A stretch of 64,000 bases of DNA from Mayamaea pseudoterrestris (Eukaryota). The position numbers and the translations under genes are program-made. Where the stretch lies: positions 372,001-436,000 of the forward strand of contig BROI01000013.1 in the NCBI GenBank assembly GCA_027923505.1, written 5' to 3'. The notes beneath the pieces are model-generated. The model ran no database searches. It had not been told where the DNA came from and saw only the letters and a program-made list of their open reading frames with translations. Position 1 is the stretch's first letter, and the number at the start of each line of letters is the position of its first letter. Positions 33,578 to 46,381 of this stretch are shown one piece after another.

Positions 33578-36049
33578 TTACATCTTTCTTCTACGCTTCT
33601 TGGCCAAGTGACCAATCTGCTGCTTGGCAGGCCGCTTAACAGCTGTCTTCTTGTCCATGCCCTTTGATCGAGCCTCACGACTATTCTTGGTCATTATGAA
33701 ATTCTTTTTTCGCTTCTTTTCAACATTCGTTGAACCTCCAGGCCGTTCCTTGGTTTCGAATCGCGATCGACCCGCCATGACCTTTTCCAAGCGTTCGGCC
33801 TTGTTCTGGCGCCGTTTGCTCGCTTCTGCCATGATATCCTCGGGGTTAACAGCACCGGTGATACGCAGCTTGTCTTCATTGTCAGAATCGTCATCGCTAC
33901 TGTCATCACTGAGCTCAAACACTTCGCCCTTGGCAGCAGCTCTCTTGCGACGCGCAGCCTCGCGAGGATCAGCCTTAAGCCGCTGTTCGCGTTCGACTAG
34001 CTTACGCATTTTCTTAAAATCTGACGCAGTGAATATTCTACCACTTGACACCTTTTGCTTCAGCAACTCGCGTTCTTCCCTTGTCATTTTAGAGAGATCG
34101 ATTTGTTTCGTCTCAGTAACGGTGCCAGATTCATCATCAACGCGAACAAGGTCAGGGGCTGTTTCATCATCACTATCACTGTCCACGGCCTCTTCCTTAG
34201 CACCATCTTCGCCGCCATCGGAAACGTCCTCCCACTCGCCAGATTCATCATTTTCATCACCAGACGCATCTTCCCATTCGTCAGCCTCCTCGTCGTCTTC
34301 CTCGACATCGTCATCTGCTCCTTTTGACCCCTGCCTCTGCTTCCGCGCCGCCTTGTTGGCTTCATATTCGGCGAGCAGGTCAGCTCCTTCAACGCCCGAG
34401 GCAATAGTCTGCGCTCCGTAACGACTTGGCTTGGCACCGGAACGATGCAACGCCGAACCAGCCATGCCACGATCTCTGCCTTGCAACAATCCAGGATTCG
34501 TAGAACGAACAAAATTGACCCACGACTTGGCCGCAATCGAAACACTCCGATCGCGATGATTGGCAAATCCACCAATGTCGCGCGCAAAGGCTTCAATGTC
34601 AAAGACTGTCGCTCCTTCACTCTCCTTGCTTTCTTCCTCCGACATGACGGAAGGACATCGCGAGCAAATGGCGCGGCAACTGTTGATACCTACCGCAATT
34701 TGCTCCTCCGAGCAACGCTCGGTAATAAACTGGTGAGCAATGGACTTTAAGAGACCGTAAACCTCATCGGGTGGAACCATGGAATGACAAGCTTGTACCA
34801 CGTACGCCAGAATGGCAGTCACTTCTTTCTGGTGACCGCCTATGTATTTTGTTAGATACGAGTAGAGTGGCAGCAGGAGAAGTTCGTGATTGCCTACCAA
34901 ACGCGTCACAAAGTTGATCATTAGAAGCCTTGTGTCAAACTTGTACGAGCCAATATTGCGCAAGCGTTTAAACACCGATTCGGCCAAACCTTGAGGATCG
35001 CGCAAAAGTTCCATGGCCGGATACAACTTCTTGGCCTCTTCAATAGTTCGGTCAAACTCTTGCTCCTCATCCATCCAGTCTCCTTGCTTTTCCTTGCGAA
35101 GCTGAGCCTTTTTGCGATTCTTGATCTGCCGCTCCACATGTCGTTGACGCGCCGCCGTCTTTTTGGAATGCGAGTGATAGTCAATGCGATTCTTGGTTTC
35201 GTAGTCTTCCTCCTGCTTGGCTTGCTCATCCTGCGCCATTTTCTCCTCAATGCCCAAAAAGAATCGCATGGCTCGACACATGACCGTCTTGTTGTTTGAC
35301 ATGACGGCCGACGCAACAATGGCCACTGTCTTGTCGTCTGTCCAAACGCGGCGACGATACAGTTCGCAAACAACGTCCGTCGCACGCTTGGCGGCAATCT
35401 CACTCGCCGAGTCGGTGGCATTGGAATCATGTGGACTGTTTGCATTGTCGCTTTGCATAGAGGACGTGACAATCCGATGCAAAAATGCTTGTACGGACTT
35501 GTTGAGCTTGTCATTCTTCTTGGTCTTGTTCAAATTACGCATGTCCTGAATGAAATGGCAGTAGAGCATCTCCCGGAGCGTCTTGTCAGGCACCACCGAC
35601 AAGACGCAAAAGAAAAGTTCCATCAACTCCAATGGTTCAATGGCGCCCTTGTTGCGCATAAGAATGAGCGCGCTAACCGTCGTTTTGCGGACGGTTCGAT
35701 GCAAATTGAGTGCGGCTGCCGGAAGCGTAGTGCAAAATGTAACTTTTGTTTCTGAAGTGTCATGAATGGGTTTTCCTAGCAGCAAGTTGATAAAAATACG
35801 TGCAATCCTATCACCTTCCGGTCCCTTGTAACTACTACTAGCCACGGCAGCTGCAAACTGCATGAGTTCCACCAAATCATCCGTCGGCTTGTCGGGATGC
35901 AAGGCTAGCAGGCCCAATTCACTTTCCAAACGACGAATCTGAGCGTCATAATCCTCCCTGTATCCTTCCGGATCACGCTTGCAAAGGTTTTGTAACTGAG
36001 GTAGCTTTAACGTCACGCCAACGCGTGTTCCCGCGCCCGTCGCTGCCAT
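33578..36049 (-). CDS. SDA1: Ribosome biogenesis protein SDA1
   Basis: LPQLQNLCKRDPEGYREDY, QACHSMVPP, acidic linker, RIFTASDF, GSTNVEKKRKKNF. Confidence 0.92.
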   Translation of the reverse strand: MAATGAGTRVGVTLKLPQLQNLCKRDPEGYREDYDAQIRRLESELGLLALHPDKPTDDLVELMQFAAAVASSSYKGPEGDRIARIFINLLLGKPIHDTSETKVTFCTTLPAAALNLHRTVRKTTVSALILMRNKGAIEPLELMELFFCVLSVVPDKTLREMLYCHFIQDMRNLNKTKKNDKLNKSVQAFLHRIVTSSMQSDNANSPHDSNATDSASEIAAKRATDVVCELYRRRVWTDDKTVAIVASAVMSNNKTVMCRAMRFFLGIEEKMAQDEQAKQEEDYETKNRIDYHSHSKKTAARQRHVERQIKNRKKAQLRKEKQGDWMDEEQEFDRTIEEAKKLYPAMELLRDPQGLAESVFKRLRNIGSYKFDTRLLMINFVTRLVGNHELLLLPLYSYLTKYIGGHQKEVTAILAYVVQACHSMVPPDEVYGLLKSIAHQFITERCSEEQIAVGINSCRAICSRCPSVMSEEESKESEGATVFDIEAFARDIGGFANHRDRSVSIAAKSWVNFVRSTNPGLLQGRDRGMAGSALHRSGAKPSRYGAQTIASGVEGADLLAEYEANKAARKQRQGSKGADDDVEEDDEEADEWEDASGDENDESGEWEDVSDGGEDGAKEEAVDSDSDDETAPDLVRVDDESGTVTETKQIDLSKMTREERELLKQKVSSGRIFTASDFKKMRKLVEREQRLKADPREAARRKRAAAKGEVFELSDDSSDDDSDNEDKLRITGAVNPEDIMAEASKRRQNKAERLEKVMAGRSRFETKERPGGSTNVEKKRKKNFIMTKNSREARSKGMDKKTAVKRPAKQQIGHLAKKRRRKM

Positions 36050-36271
36050 GGTGAATTGCTGCAAAGGAACAATTGCAAAATGAAAGGATGATTGGTTGCA
36101 AGGATCGAGCAAGATTTAAACGTCATCTTAGCGGTACTCATTTTGAAGCTATGTTAGTTCCTTTTGGCTAGCTCGCGCGTTTGAAAAGCCACGTTGAATG
36201 GCTTGGGCAGCAAGCAGCAAGCACCATCATCATCATCCCCTGCTGCTCGTGCCTCCATTCTCCTCGCGACC

Positions 36272-37321
36272 ATGTCGTCGTACGAGCCTCCCGAAATGGG
36301 CGAGGAGTCGGGACCCCGCGGTGGCGGTGGCCGTCGTCGCAGTCCTTCGCGATCACCTCCCCGCCGTCGATCTCGGAGTCGATCGCGATCACCACCATCC
36401 TACGGACGCTCCTCGCGTCGGCATCGAAGCCCTTCGCCGCCTCCGGCTGGTGGTGGGCGATATGGTGGAGGCGGAGGCTACCGCGATCGTGGCGGACCTC
36501 CTCCTCCTCCGCATCGCGACTATCCGCCGTATGGTGGACGTGGAGGAGGATACGACGATCGACACTACCATCATCGCGACTATCCTCCGCCACCCTATGG
36601 CGACTATCGAGGACCACATCCTCCGCCTCCTCATTACGGCCATCATGGTCCACCACCTCCATTCGACTATCGCGGCGGCGGCGGTCCTCCCATGCGTCGT
36701 AGTCGGAGTCCTCCGCCTCGTCGAGTAGGTCGAGCTGGTCGTGACGAAGGGCCACCCGGCGTGAGTCTGCTGGTGCGAAACATTGGTTCGCAAATCTCTT
36801 CGGCCGACTTGACGCAAGCCTTTGCGCGCATTGGAGAGTTGCGAGATGTTTACATTCCAAGGGACTATCATTGTGAGTACATATATATGTTTCTGCGGTT
36901 GTCGAAGATACAGTTCTATCCGACGCTTATTTCGTTGCACGTACCTCTTACTGATCCCACATTTTCTCTTCTTCACGACTATTTAGCCAACACTCCGCGC
37001 GGCTTTGCGTTCATTGAATTCTCTGATCCCCGACAGGCTGCTGAAGCTCGCGATGAAATGGATCGATTCATGCTCAAGGGACGCGAGATTGAAGTGGTTT
37101 ACGCGCAGGAGCGGCGCAAGACGCCGGGAGAAATGCGGACGCGCGTCGTTAATCAGCCGGCTGCTGCTGCCAGTCGAGGAGAGGAAGGCGGTGGTGATCG
37201 GGATCAAGAGACGGATCGTGAGCGCGCTCGTCGGGGCGAGTCGGAACGAGAGCGTTCGACAAGCATTGAGCGCGAGCGACAGCGATCGCCAGGGCTTGGC
37301 AAGGATGGAGAGCGAGACTAA
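36272..37321 (+). CDS. SR-related RRM splicing factor (SC35/SCL/SRSF10-like); join(36272..36872,36987..37321)
   Basis: RS-rich N-terminus; RRM SLLVRNI..DVYIPRDYH-SNTPRGFAFIEF..RKTPGEMR after removing the GTGAGT..TAG intron. Confidence 0.85.
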   Translation: MSSYEPPEMGEESGPRGGGGRRRSPSRSPPRRRSRSRSRSPPSYGRSSRRHRSPSPPPAGGGRYGGGGGYRDRGGPPPPPHRDYPPYGGRGGGYDDRHYHHRDYPPPPYGDYRGPHPPPPHYGHHGPPPPFDYRGGGGPPMRRSRSPPPRRVGRAGRDEGPPGVSLLVRNIGSQISSADLTQAFARIGELRDVYIPRDYHCEYIYMFLRLSKIQFYPTLISLHVPLTDPTFSLLHDYLANTPRGFAFIEFSDPRQAAEARDEMDRFMLKGREIEVVYAQERRKTPGEMRTRVVNQPAAAASRGEEGGGDRDQETDRERARRGESERERSTSIERERQRSPGLGKDGERD

Positions 37322-37889
37322 GAATAATAAGGAAAGAAGACGGAGCTCAGAAAGTTAAAGTTTGAGAGAACTCAAGAACGATGTGAAGGGATCGAGCAAG
37401 TACGAAGACGATCTGAAATGAAAATGTATGTGAATGATTCGTGACAAAAGACTAAGCAGCGAAGAAAGAAGAGCGGTCTGTTGCCGTCAAGCACGAAAGT
37501 AATGGAGCAAGTACAAGGTTTATCAAGCTCGAAGTTGAATTTAAACTAGCTATTTACTTTCAAGACTTACGCGTACACAAGATCAAGTGTCCTCATGCAT
37601 GCCAAGCGTCGTTGCGAAGACCACAAGATCTTTCAGGATCCACCTTCTTTTAGCCCGCCGTTCTTGCGCTAATACCCGGACAAGTTCATTTCCACACGTT
37701 ATCATCGCTCACACAGAGAGATGCTTCTACGTTTCTATTCCGTTCGTCGCCAATGACTCGATTCTAACGATATTGACGTCAATATCTACGTGAACCAGAA
37801 GGTCACACAATAACGTAATCGATTTAGTTCGCTAACGTTTAATCTGCATTAACATGATGAGTTGCTTGCTTCACATCGTTAATCTCGTT

Positions 37890-39759
37890 TCACAACTTCG
37901 CATGACTTACACCTTCCGTTGTAGTTTGGATTATGTGCGGGTAGCAGACACTTGTCAAAAAATCATCGAGTTCATCCTTGTTCAACATGTTTTCAACCAA
38001 CTGCGCCGCCAGCCTCCACTTTCCCTTTGTGCCAGACCCACCGCATTGGCGATCGACTTCGCGCTGAATGAGGGCAGCGATACGCTCCGCTGAAATGAGC
38101 TGACGGTCATCCGCCGTCGATGCCCGTTGCGTTCGCCATTGCCAAATCTGTGCGCGACTAATTTCTGCCGTGGCGGCATCTTCCATGGCTCCATGAAGAG
38201 GGATGCAGCCTACTCCGCGCAGCCATGCCTCCGTATACGCCAACACAATCCCAATACCCTTCTCAAGTCCAGCACTGGTAATCGCCTTGTCGCGAGGAAT
38301 GTTAGGAAGCTTTAACAAGTCACTCTCCGAAACAGACTGGCCCGAATAGCCCGGAGCCGACGTAATCTGGTTTGGACTACGCATATGCTTGTCAAAAACA
38401 TCCTTGGCAACCTTGACCAGCGCAGGATGAGCCACCCACGTTCCGTCGTGCCCAGCCTTGACCTCGCGCAACTTGTCGGCCGCGACAGCTTCCATGGCAG
38501 CAGCATTCTTGGCAGGGTCATCCTTGACTGGAATCGCCGCACTCATGCCACCCATGGCAAAGGTTCCGCGCTTGTGACAAATATGAATCAATCGCTTCAC
38601 GTAGGCTTCCATCAATGGCGTTGTCATGGTCAGGAATGCTCGATCCGGCGTGACCATTTCTGGTCGCGCCTTAAACTTTTTAATAAAGCTAAACAAATAG
38701 TCCCAGCGACCGCAGTTGAGACCAATCGAGTGCTCGCGAAGCTCGTACAAAATCTCCTCCATTTGAAATGCCGCCGTGATTGTCTCCAAAAGAACCGTCG
38801 CTCGCACAGTTCCAGTCGGCAACCCAAGGTATTGCTGCGCCGTCGTAATGACATCATTCCACAAGGCAGCCTCCAAGCGCGATTCCAACTTGGGCAAGTA
38901 GTAGTAAGGACCAGTTCCATGCGCTTTGAGCGCCTCGTGATTGTGAAACAAGTACATGCAAAAATCAAAGATTGCGCCACTGGCAACCTTGCCGTTTACC
39001 GTAACATGAGCTTCATCCAAATGCCAGCCGCGCGGACGAACAAAGAGCGTTGCAATCTTATTGTTAAGCTTGTAAACCTTGCCATTGGCTGGATTGGTGT
39101 AAGAAATGCTGCCGCGAACCGCATCCTTCAAGTTTGCTTGCCCTTCAATAACATTGGTCCAAGTAGGTGACGTTGAATCCTCAAAGTCAGCCATGTAGAC
39201 GCAAGCTCCAGAGTTGAGACCGTTAATGACCATTTTGCGATCGACCGGCCTTTCGTAATGATGGTGAAACGGGTAGATTGTAAGTAAGATGCATTGGAAA
39301 GAACAATTGCGAGCTCGAGGTGCGGACAAAACGTACTGCACGATATGACAAGAGAATCACACATGTCTACTGTAACTCACCCAGTAATCTCAACGCGGCG
39401 ATCCTGAATATCCTCCGGTACCGGAGCGCATCGCCAGGACGAATCCTTGGCCGGGTCGCTTGGATCGGTAATGAATTTTAACGTTTCTCCTCCATCCAGC
39501 GCCGTCGCCTGCAGCTTGCGCGCAGCCAGCAAGTTACGGCGACGCTGATCATACTTGGAGCACAACAGTCCGAGCTGCAGATCGATTAATAAAACTATTT
39601 GGTTAGCGCAATCTTCAAATCGCATGTTTCATCACTCACAATTCATATAGAATAAGAACCTACCAAGCGCAGGGCATCCGGCGTCAAGATCTCTCGCGCC
39701 GCCTCCGTTTCGGCCGCGTGAACCTTGACGTGAAAGTCTTCGGAACGAAACTCGATCAT
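37890..39759 (-). CDS. MLS: Malate synthase with peroxisomal PTS1 (-AKL); exons 39664..39759, 39381..39574, 37890..39249
   Basis: RRVEITGPVDRKMVIN, MADFEDS, VRPRGWHL, GLNCGRWDY, GHDGTWVAHP, MEDAATAEISR; C-terminal HAKL*. Confidence 0.95.
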
Positions 39760-39993
39760 GGTGAATACTTGTATATGTTATAGGTCTAAAATGGCAGGGT
39801 AATTACCAAGTGCAGCAGGAACAATGTGCGAGGAACAAGCTGTTCACAGCCGCGAATGCGTTCCATCGTTGCGATGATGCGCCGCGTTTCTTGACACCGC
39901 GTGATTTAACGAGTCCCGCTTATGGTCGACAATAACGTTGCGACGTTTTTCGGATTCCGACATTGTCGGCAACGGCCAACGGCATTTTTCACC

Positions 39994-40617
39994 ATGGCGT
40001 CCCTTTCCTCGCCACCGCCCTTGACCTCGTCGAGCAGCAGTGCTCGCTACAATCAGCTCGTCCACGTATTAAAGACGGCTCTTTCCAAATCAATCAGTCA
40101 ATGTGATATCGATAGTCTCATCAAGCAAGTATACGAGGATGATGCGTCCATTTTTGCTGACGATCAGCTGCACGTTGTCATGGACAGCTTGCTTGAAAAC
40201 TTGAACGTTTCAGTTCAAAGGCAAATGCGTCACTACCTTCAAGACTCCAATGTGGAAGACAAGCTTCTTGTCGTTGATCGTCTCTTGCAAAACCTTTACA
40301 CGCAAGACACCATTCGCAAGCAGTCACTGCAAGCCGACAAGGATTGCACCCAGCGCGCCTTGGACCAAGTCAAGCTACCCAATGGACTCAAGCCCATGGA
40401 TATAGCAAACTATCAACAGTATCAAAAGCTAATGGATGAAAAGAAGAAACTACAGGAGGAAATGGACCTTGTTCAAGCAAAAGTGAACGAGCTGGAGCAA
40501 ACCAAGGCGCATCAAATGGCGCAAGTAGACCTTGACACGAACAAGATTCGAGACATTGGCAGCGACATGGAAAAGGTTGCGTGTTTGGGATCGTCTGCAT
40601 CCGGTTTGATAGAGTAG
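39994..40617 (+). CDS. Nnf1/PMF1-like kinetochore (MIS12 complex) coiled-coil protein
   Basis: ~207 aa; RYNQLVHVLKTAL..NVEDKLLVVDRLL..P.DI plus a C-terminal coiled coil resembles the Nnf1 pattern. Recognised by eye only. Confidence 0.5.
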   Translation: MASLSSPPPLTSSSSSARYNQLVHVLKTALSKSISQCDIDSLIKQVYEDDASIFADDQLHVVMDSLLENLNVSVQRQMRHYLQDSNVEDKLLVVDRLLQNLYTQDTIRKQSLQADKDCTQRALDQVKLPNGLKPMDIANYQQYQKLMDEKKKLQEEMDLVQAKVNELEQTKAHQMAQVDLDTNKIRDIGSDMEKVACLGSSASGLIE

Positions 40618-40756
40618 AGAGCTTTTTGATGGAGGCGTCATGTGGGCGATGAAGCGATGATCCAGATGCGATCAAGCACTGCAGCCCAACCAGAAATTAC
40701 AATTCTTAATTGTAGAACACATTAAACGTAAGACTGCCACGCATTAAATATAAATC

Positions 40757-41988
40757 TTATCTATTATGCATCATGGCGGCTGGAATAGGTCTTGGATCCA
40801 TTGAGTCGAGCCAGTCAATGAGCCACCATGGAAGCATCCGGAGTATTACAAATGCAAAGCGAGCATCCATTCCAAGTATCAACTGCGCTTCCACATGTTT
40901 GCTTTGCAACGCTATCAGGACTGCGTCAACGACCGGATCCATCTTCCAACTGAACGCTTGCGGAATATCAGCCGCCATTTTGACGAATCGTTCAAAGAAT
41001 GCCTCTCCGTACTCCGCTCGCTTGTCTTTGCTCAAATTATCCCATGTACGAGTCATGTCATTCCTCATTTGGTGCACTAACGGCGTTCCATGAAAGGAAG
41101 GATTGACAGTAGAGACTTGAATGCCGAAAGCCTTGAGCTCGGCGCGAAGAACCGTAGAGAAGCTTGTGGCAGCGAACTTGGACGGCCCATACGTTCCGAG
41201 CCCGCTTCCTCCAGGCACGAGGCCAGCCATGCTGACTACGTTCAATATGCGAGCTCCAACATGTGTTCCGTGAATGGCTTGATCCTTGAGCAAAGGTAGG
41301 AAGGCGTGGCAGACGCGAACAATGCCAAAGTAGTTCACTGCTTAAAAGAATGCAATTTCTGTCAGCATTCGAAAAGTAAAGGTGCGCCAACCATCGCAAT
41401 ACATGTTCACAACTCACCATCCATGACCTTTTGAAAAGCTGCCAGATCCAGCCAGTCCACGAGGCCGCCGATACCAATACCTGCATTGTTCAAAATCGCA
41501 TGAAGTACTCGTTTCTTGTCTTCCTTTTCGCCGGTTCGAATCCAATCCTGAACAACTTGCGCTGCTTCTCGAACCTGCTCATCTTTCGTGACATTTAGTT
41601 GAAGTGGCTTTATGTTTTTAACATCAGTAAACTGTGAAAATGATTCGGTGTGCAGACAGCAGGCAAACACTATAAAGCCTTTTGAGGCCGCCAATAGGGC
41701 AACTTCCTTTCCAAATCCTGTATCACAACCAGTAATGAACACTGCCAGCTCGTATGACTGTCTTGCTGTTGCTCCCACATTGTAACTAGACGGATCATAA
41801 TATATGGAGTTTGCACGATATGACGTGTAATGAAGCAGCTTCCAGATGCCTCGGACGAGCAGAACGACGACACAAATCGGGGTCGCCAGAAACAAAGCAA
41901 AGCTCCAGTAAATGGCGTAAGAAATGGTAGCCAAGGGTTCACAGTGCAGTCGCGCATTGACTGATTGGAGGAAGGGTCCAGGCGGCAT
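40757..41988 (-). CDS. Membrane-anchored short-chain dehydrogenase/reductase (RDH/17beta-HSD-like); exons 41418..41988, 40757..41337
   Basis: ITGCDTGFG, NNAG, D-VNYFG across the intron, catalytic YGPSK. Confidence 0.9.
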
Positions 41989-42261
41989 GTTGTATAGTAC
42001 TTGAAGAGTAACAGCACACGAGGATGCGTGCGAGATGCGCAGCATGCTGCCAAAGAAGAAATCCGGAAACCAAGATCGGTCCTTGGCATGTCTCACTGTG
42101 ACTTGTGTTGCGCTGCGACATCGATCGCATTGGAGGGTTCGCGCGCCCCGCGCCGATGGCCATGGATCAATCATGTCATTCGTCAATCGTTCTTTGTTGT
42201 TTATTTGATTTCACCAAGCAGCTCAAGGCTCATAATATCTTCCAGTGAGGTGAATGAAACT

Positions 42262-45200
42262 ATGAGTAACCCGACGGAGCAGCTTAAACTGCTAAGAGAA
42301 TTCGTTGGAACGACCATTTACACGGAAACGTCGCTTACTGACTGTCTTCGGCAAAACGGATACAATGTCGAACGAGCGGCTGAGGCTCTACTGACTGGAC
42401 AGTATCGACCCTCTAACAATAACAGGGATGATCGAAAGCCGGCTGCGAGGCGTAGCAATCTTGGTGGAGGAGGCAGCACATCTCGTGCAGCATCCTCAGG
42501 AGCGACACAAATTGCTCGGGCGACGACAACCATCAGCTACCCTGCACCCAGTAGAAAGCAGTCAACTACGACAACCACATCATACAAATCAATTACTGCA
42601 ACTACAGTTAATACGGCAAAGCGCGTCAGTCTCGAAGGTTTTTTACCAGAAGAGGATGATGGTGCATCGTACGAACACGCTTGGCTACTGGCGGAGCGAT
42701 GGATCTCAGAGTGTCTCTGCAACTGTCGACGCGGCAGCATTCGCCACAAGGAGGTATTAGCACTGTCGCACTCCAAAACGGGGCCACCGTCACTTCGCTT
42801 TAAGGGAGAGAGAGCTGAAGGGACACTTCCAACCAGTCTGGCAGCCTTCATGGTGCCATTGCTGAGGTATAGCGAGGATCAAGCGAAGCCGCCATTGCTT
42901 TTGCTACACGCCGAGTCGCTGTTCGAAGAGAAGGACCTCAGTACAGGGAGTACCATTCCTATTCGGCTCAGAATGTACTTGCCAAATCCAAAACTGTTCT
43001 TCGAACTGTTTATGCAGGACGAAAATGGCGCTGAAGGGACCTCAGTAAAAGCGAGAACCAGTGCCTTCTTTGACGCGAACTCTAGAAGTAAAACGAAACG
43101 TTCTCCTCTTTTAGATGCTGCATTTGCACTATTGCAATATGGCGAATACGGAGATGTCCCAAAGTTCGAAGTTCCTGCAGTCGAGTCGATTGTTACTGGC
43201 GATGGCGACGAAGTAATCAGCGAGGAACTTTTCGACGAGGAAGACAATCATGACGAGGACGCGGACGAAGAAGCAAAGGAACTCGATAATAGCTTTAACG
43301 TTACGGGTGCGGCTGCAAAGCAGCTTCCAGAGGCAGAAGACCCACCTGGTTTTGTGCCAGGGATGACGCTCCGCTCCTATCAGCGACAAGCACTCTACTG
43401 GATGCGCCTACGCGAGAAAGAAGGAAACTCGCGTAGTGAACATGACGAGCAATTGTCACTTTTGAAAGAGCTGGCTAACTACGAGCCATCCAACGATCAT
43501 AATGCGCGGCCTTATTCCCCTGGGAAGGAAAATCGAGGGCACATATTTTGCGACTGTGGCCCAGTCGTTGTTTCAGCGCAAGCGCAGAGCCGATCACTTA
43601 CCATAGACGGACAAATAAATCCTGTATCCCATCCACTATGGAAGCAACGGTATTTAGCATCTGCGTGTATGAAGAAGACGATTACGTTTTATGTGAATGA
43701 AGTCTTTGCAGCGGCTACACACATGCCACCCGAGCCGCCAAAAGCATGCTCGGGCGGCATTTTAGCGGATTCCATGGGTTTGGGCAAGACGGTGATTGTT
43801 CTCGCTGTGATACTGCAGGAAAAGGCAGAGCGAATGGCGCAGACGGACATGGTTATGCTTGATGCACCCACAACGACACTAGTAATCGTTAAACTCTCGT
43901 TGATTAACCAATGGGAACAGGAGATCAAGACGAAAACAAACCTCTCGGTATATGTATACCATGACTGTGCAGGAGCAGGAACCATTCGAAAGTCACAGCC
44001 TTCCGATTTTGCAGGCGTTGACATCGTCCTCACTACCTACAATGTTCTACCAGGTGAAGTAAAGCGCAAGCAGCCTACACTTTTGCAGTATCCCTGGCTT
44101 CGTATTGTATTGGACGAGGTACGTTGCAGCATTGGTTTGTGTACACCATTGTTCATTCCTTGTGTGCCCATTGCTGTTTCTTATATAACGAATATTTGTT
44201 ACAGGCACATAGCATAAAAAATCACCAGTCGCAAGCCTCGAAAGCTGCCTGCAGCATGAATGCAATTCATCGGTGGGCTTGCACCGGTACCATTGTGCAA
44301 AATGGACTCGACGATGTCTTTGGGCTCATGAAATTCCTTGGACACGAGCCTTGGTGCTGGAACTCGTTTTGGAAGGCTGCAGTTACGAAACCTTGGAGTG
44401 CTGGGCACGATGAAAAAGATGATAATCTCCGACAATTAGTACACAAGGAAAACGTAGCCTTGGTCCTTTCCCGAGTCAGAAAATTACTTGATCCCTTGAT
44501 GATTCGGCGCACAAAGGAAATGGTCCAGCTTGACTTGCCACCAGTGGACACACAAGTAATCAGGATTGAATTTTCTGAAGCCGAGAGAGCCTTTTATGAC
44601 GCTGTGCTGGAGCGTTCTAACGAAATATTTGATGCCTTTGTCGACAAAGGAACAGTAGAGAAGAGTTACCTACAGATTCTGAGCATGATATCTCGCCTCC
44701 GGCAAACTTGCAACCACATGTACTTAACCGTTCGGTCCAAACTCGATGAGGATGCGCTCGTTGAAATTGAAGGGGGATCGGTCACCAAACTGTCAAGAAA
44801 GCGATTAGAACCAAAGAAAGACGACGCGCTCGGGCGTAGTTTTTTCGAAGACCTGCTCAGAAAGGTTCAAGCAGTGGCCTCGCCTCGCAAAAAACCGTCA
44901 GACGAAAGTCCGGAAGGCCCATGCAAACGAGCAAAGGATAATGCTTACTTGTCGGAGATGGTGAAAGGCCTTTCAACGGCCGTCCAAGACAACTCAGTCT
45001 ACGTTCAAGACGAATGTCCCATTTGCTTGGAGACGCCGTTGATCGAGAAGGCCGTAATTAGTCCCTGCGGTCATATCTTTTGCAAAAGCTGCTTGGTCCA
45101 GTATCTCCGCGACAAGGCTCCAGCAAGTGGGGATACAGACCCACGTAAGGCGCTTTTTGCGACATTGCCGGACGGGGAGTGTCCATGCTGCAACAAAATT

Positions 45201-46060
45201 ATCAAGGCTAGAAAAGTCGTTGAGTTAACCAAGTCCAAGACCAGTGACGGCGCTGGCGAATCCTTTTCTTCCAAGTACTTAACGGATGTAGTGACTCCCA
45301 ATAGAATAAAACGCGAAGTTCGAGAGACCCAGGAAGGCAACTCTTCTGCTTTAGCTCGTCGAATGCTAGAAGAAGCGGTGTCTGGTGTGGACAAGGATAG
45401 CTCGAAATTAACAGCAGTCCTGGACGAGCTTTACAACGTGTGGCAGTTGGAACCAGGGTCAAAGACACTTGTTTTTAGCCATTACCTTGGATTTCTGGAT
45501 ATGCTCTCCGCAAAACTCCAATCGGAAGGCATTCCATGCTATCGATTCGACGGGTCGCTTACCGCCAATGAGCGGACTGATGTTTTAAACGGGTTCACGG
45601 CGTGCCAGCCAAAGCGAGCTATGCAGCGAAACGTTGACAAACCTGCTGGCGCCGTCCTGTTGATGAGCATGACAGCCGGTGCTGAAGGTCTCAATCTCAC
45701 GACCGCTTCCTCCTGTTTCATTGTTGAACCGTGGTGGCACTCTGCCAAGGAGGAGCAAGTAAGTTAGCATGCTTTTGTGTTAATTAAGTGAATAACTTCA
45801 ATGCTCATCGTCTGACAATTCGCTACTCTCGTCGGCTCGCCCAGTGTGTCAACAGAATCCATAGAATCGGGCAAGAGGCTTCGATCGTTCGCGTTCGCAA
45901 ATTTATTGTGAATGATAGTGTCGAGGAGCAGATTCTGAAAATGCAGCAGTGCAAAAAAGGTGTTGCCGACGAGCTGTACAATGACACTGGCGACGGAGAC
46001 ATGTCAGGGTCGCGGCTCAGTTTGGACGACTTCAAACTCATATTTCAACGCAACAAGTAA
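42262..46060 (+). CDS. RAD5: RAD5-like SNF2 helicase / RING E3 ligase; join(42262..44118,44205..45758,45845..46060)
   Basis: GGILADSMGLGKT, LDE-AH across intron 1, C3HC4 RING CPIC..CGHIFC..C..CPCC, LVFSH, EGLNL, Q-CVNRIHRIGQ across intron 2; UBA-like and HIRAN-like N-terminal regions. Confidence 0.88.
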
Positions 46061-46381
46061 CTTTTGATAGTAATGAGTTAAGCATGCATTCCGTGGAGGA
46101 TCATACCGGTAAAGATGATCGTAGTTATGTATCGCAACGTCGAACTTAAAATAACAGCAAAGGTGAAGATCCGTCCGATACCGGTACGACTCGCGACATG
46201 CCTCATTCATTTTCATTTTCCATCATTTTTTCTTCCTTCATCGCTTGACGCTTGACTTATTCTTCAATTTTGATTGCTTCAGTAGCTTGTACCTTAAGGA
46301 AATGCGCCTGCTGCTTGTCGGAAGCAATCCTTGGCTCGCTCGTGAGCGCTGATTGTTTTTCAACCACGTGATCATTTCCAA

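Noticed and set aside
33624..39170. Long antisense or overlapping ORFs (e.g. 33624..34421, 36168..36860, 38385..39170)
   Set aside because: They are shadows of SDA1, the SR protein and malate synthase, with no recognisable motifs.
39994..40617. Functional link between the Nnf1-like gene and the nearby satellite
   Set aside because: Kinetochore genes need not lie near centromeres, so proximity is uninformative, and the Nnf1 call is itself tentative.
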